Assembly: GCF_001194135.2 (NCBI RefSeq)
Contig: NC_068986.1
Location: 7,563,762 to 7,627,109, forward strand
Length of the DNA: 63,348 nucleotides
Direction: 5' to 3'
Source of the DNA: Octopus bimaculoides
Lineage: Eukaryota
Below the pieces are notes generated by a model. That model had not been told where the DNA came from, made no database searches, and saw only the letters and a program-made list of their open reading frames with translations. Made by a program: the position numbers and the translations under genes. Position 1 is the first letter of the stretch; the number at the start of each line of letters is the position of its first letter. Shown here piece by piece: positions 63,020 through 63,348 of this stretch.

Positions 63020-63348
63020 TCTATACTATATATAAAACAGAGGTGTGTGTGTAATCGCTTTTCACGTGAAAACGGCTTCACTATTTACTTCCATACTTGT
63101 GATACATAAATAATTTGACCTCGGATAAATCTTAGGCTCTTCATTTGATTTTTTTTTATCTCTAATTAAAAATAAATAATATTGCTTTATATTTAAGATT
63201 CACTTCTTTAAAAAGGTTTCTCAATGTCAACTTCCGGTACGGACGTGAAAAAACGGCGACGTCTCTCACTCTCTACTTTTAATGTTCGCTTTCTGTAAAC
63301 AACTACGATCAATTACTGAAACACATATTTACGAAGTTCATAAATTTC
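63020..63348 (+). mobile_element. 5' part of a non-autonomous Helitron-like element (runs off the window)
   Basis: A|TCTATACTATATATAAAA start, then a short (GT)n and TCACGTGAAAACGGCT. This layout is typical of Lep1-like helitrons. Confidence 0.5.

Overview
AT-rich, gap-containing eukaryotic scaffold. The repeat content points to an octopod cephalopod (Octopus-like); this is an inference from the tRNA-derived SINE families, RTE LINEs with (ATC)n tails and very dense (TA)n/(CA)n/(TATG)n microsatellites. No intact host protein-coding gene, rRNA, tRNA or CRISPR array can be supported. The window reads as intergenic or deep-intronic DNA built from decayed transposons: RTE and R4/Dong-like LINEs, tRNA-SINEs, Tc1/mariner, hAT, Helitron-like pieces and at least five Penelope-like elements (PLEs, GIY-YIG endonuclease). 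The strongest signal not visible in the ORF track is a set of six type I hammerhead-ribozyme (HHR) motifs at about 15.9, 17.6, 26.85, 28.7, 58.7 and 60.95 kb. Four lie just downstream of PLE GIY-YIG remnants and two are orphans. They show palindromic stem III, core variants (CCGAAGA, CUGUUGA, an extra A after CUGAUGA) and unusually long stem II. One PLE (27.7-29.1 kb) is a fold-back structure with an inverted, internally deleted copy of itself as the 5' arm. Several other palindromes and hairpins are also present. All folds and homologies were read by eye; no searches or folding programs were run, and the boundaries of decayed elements are approximate.
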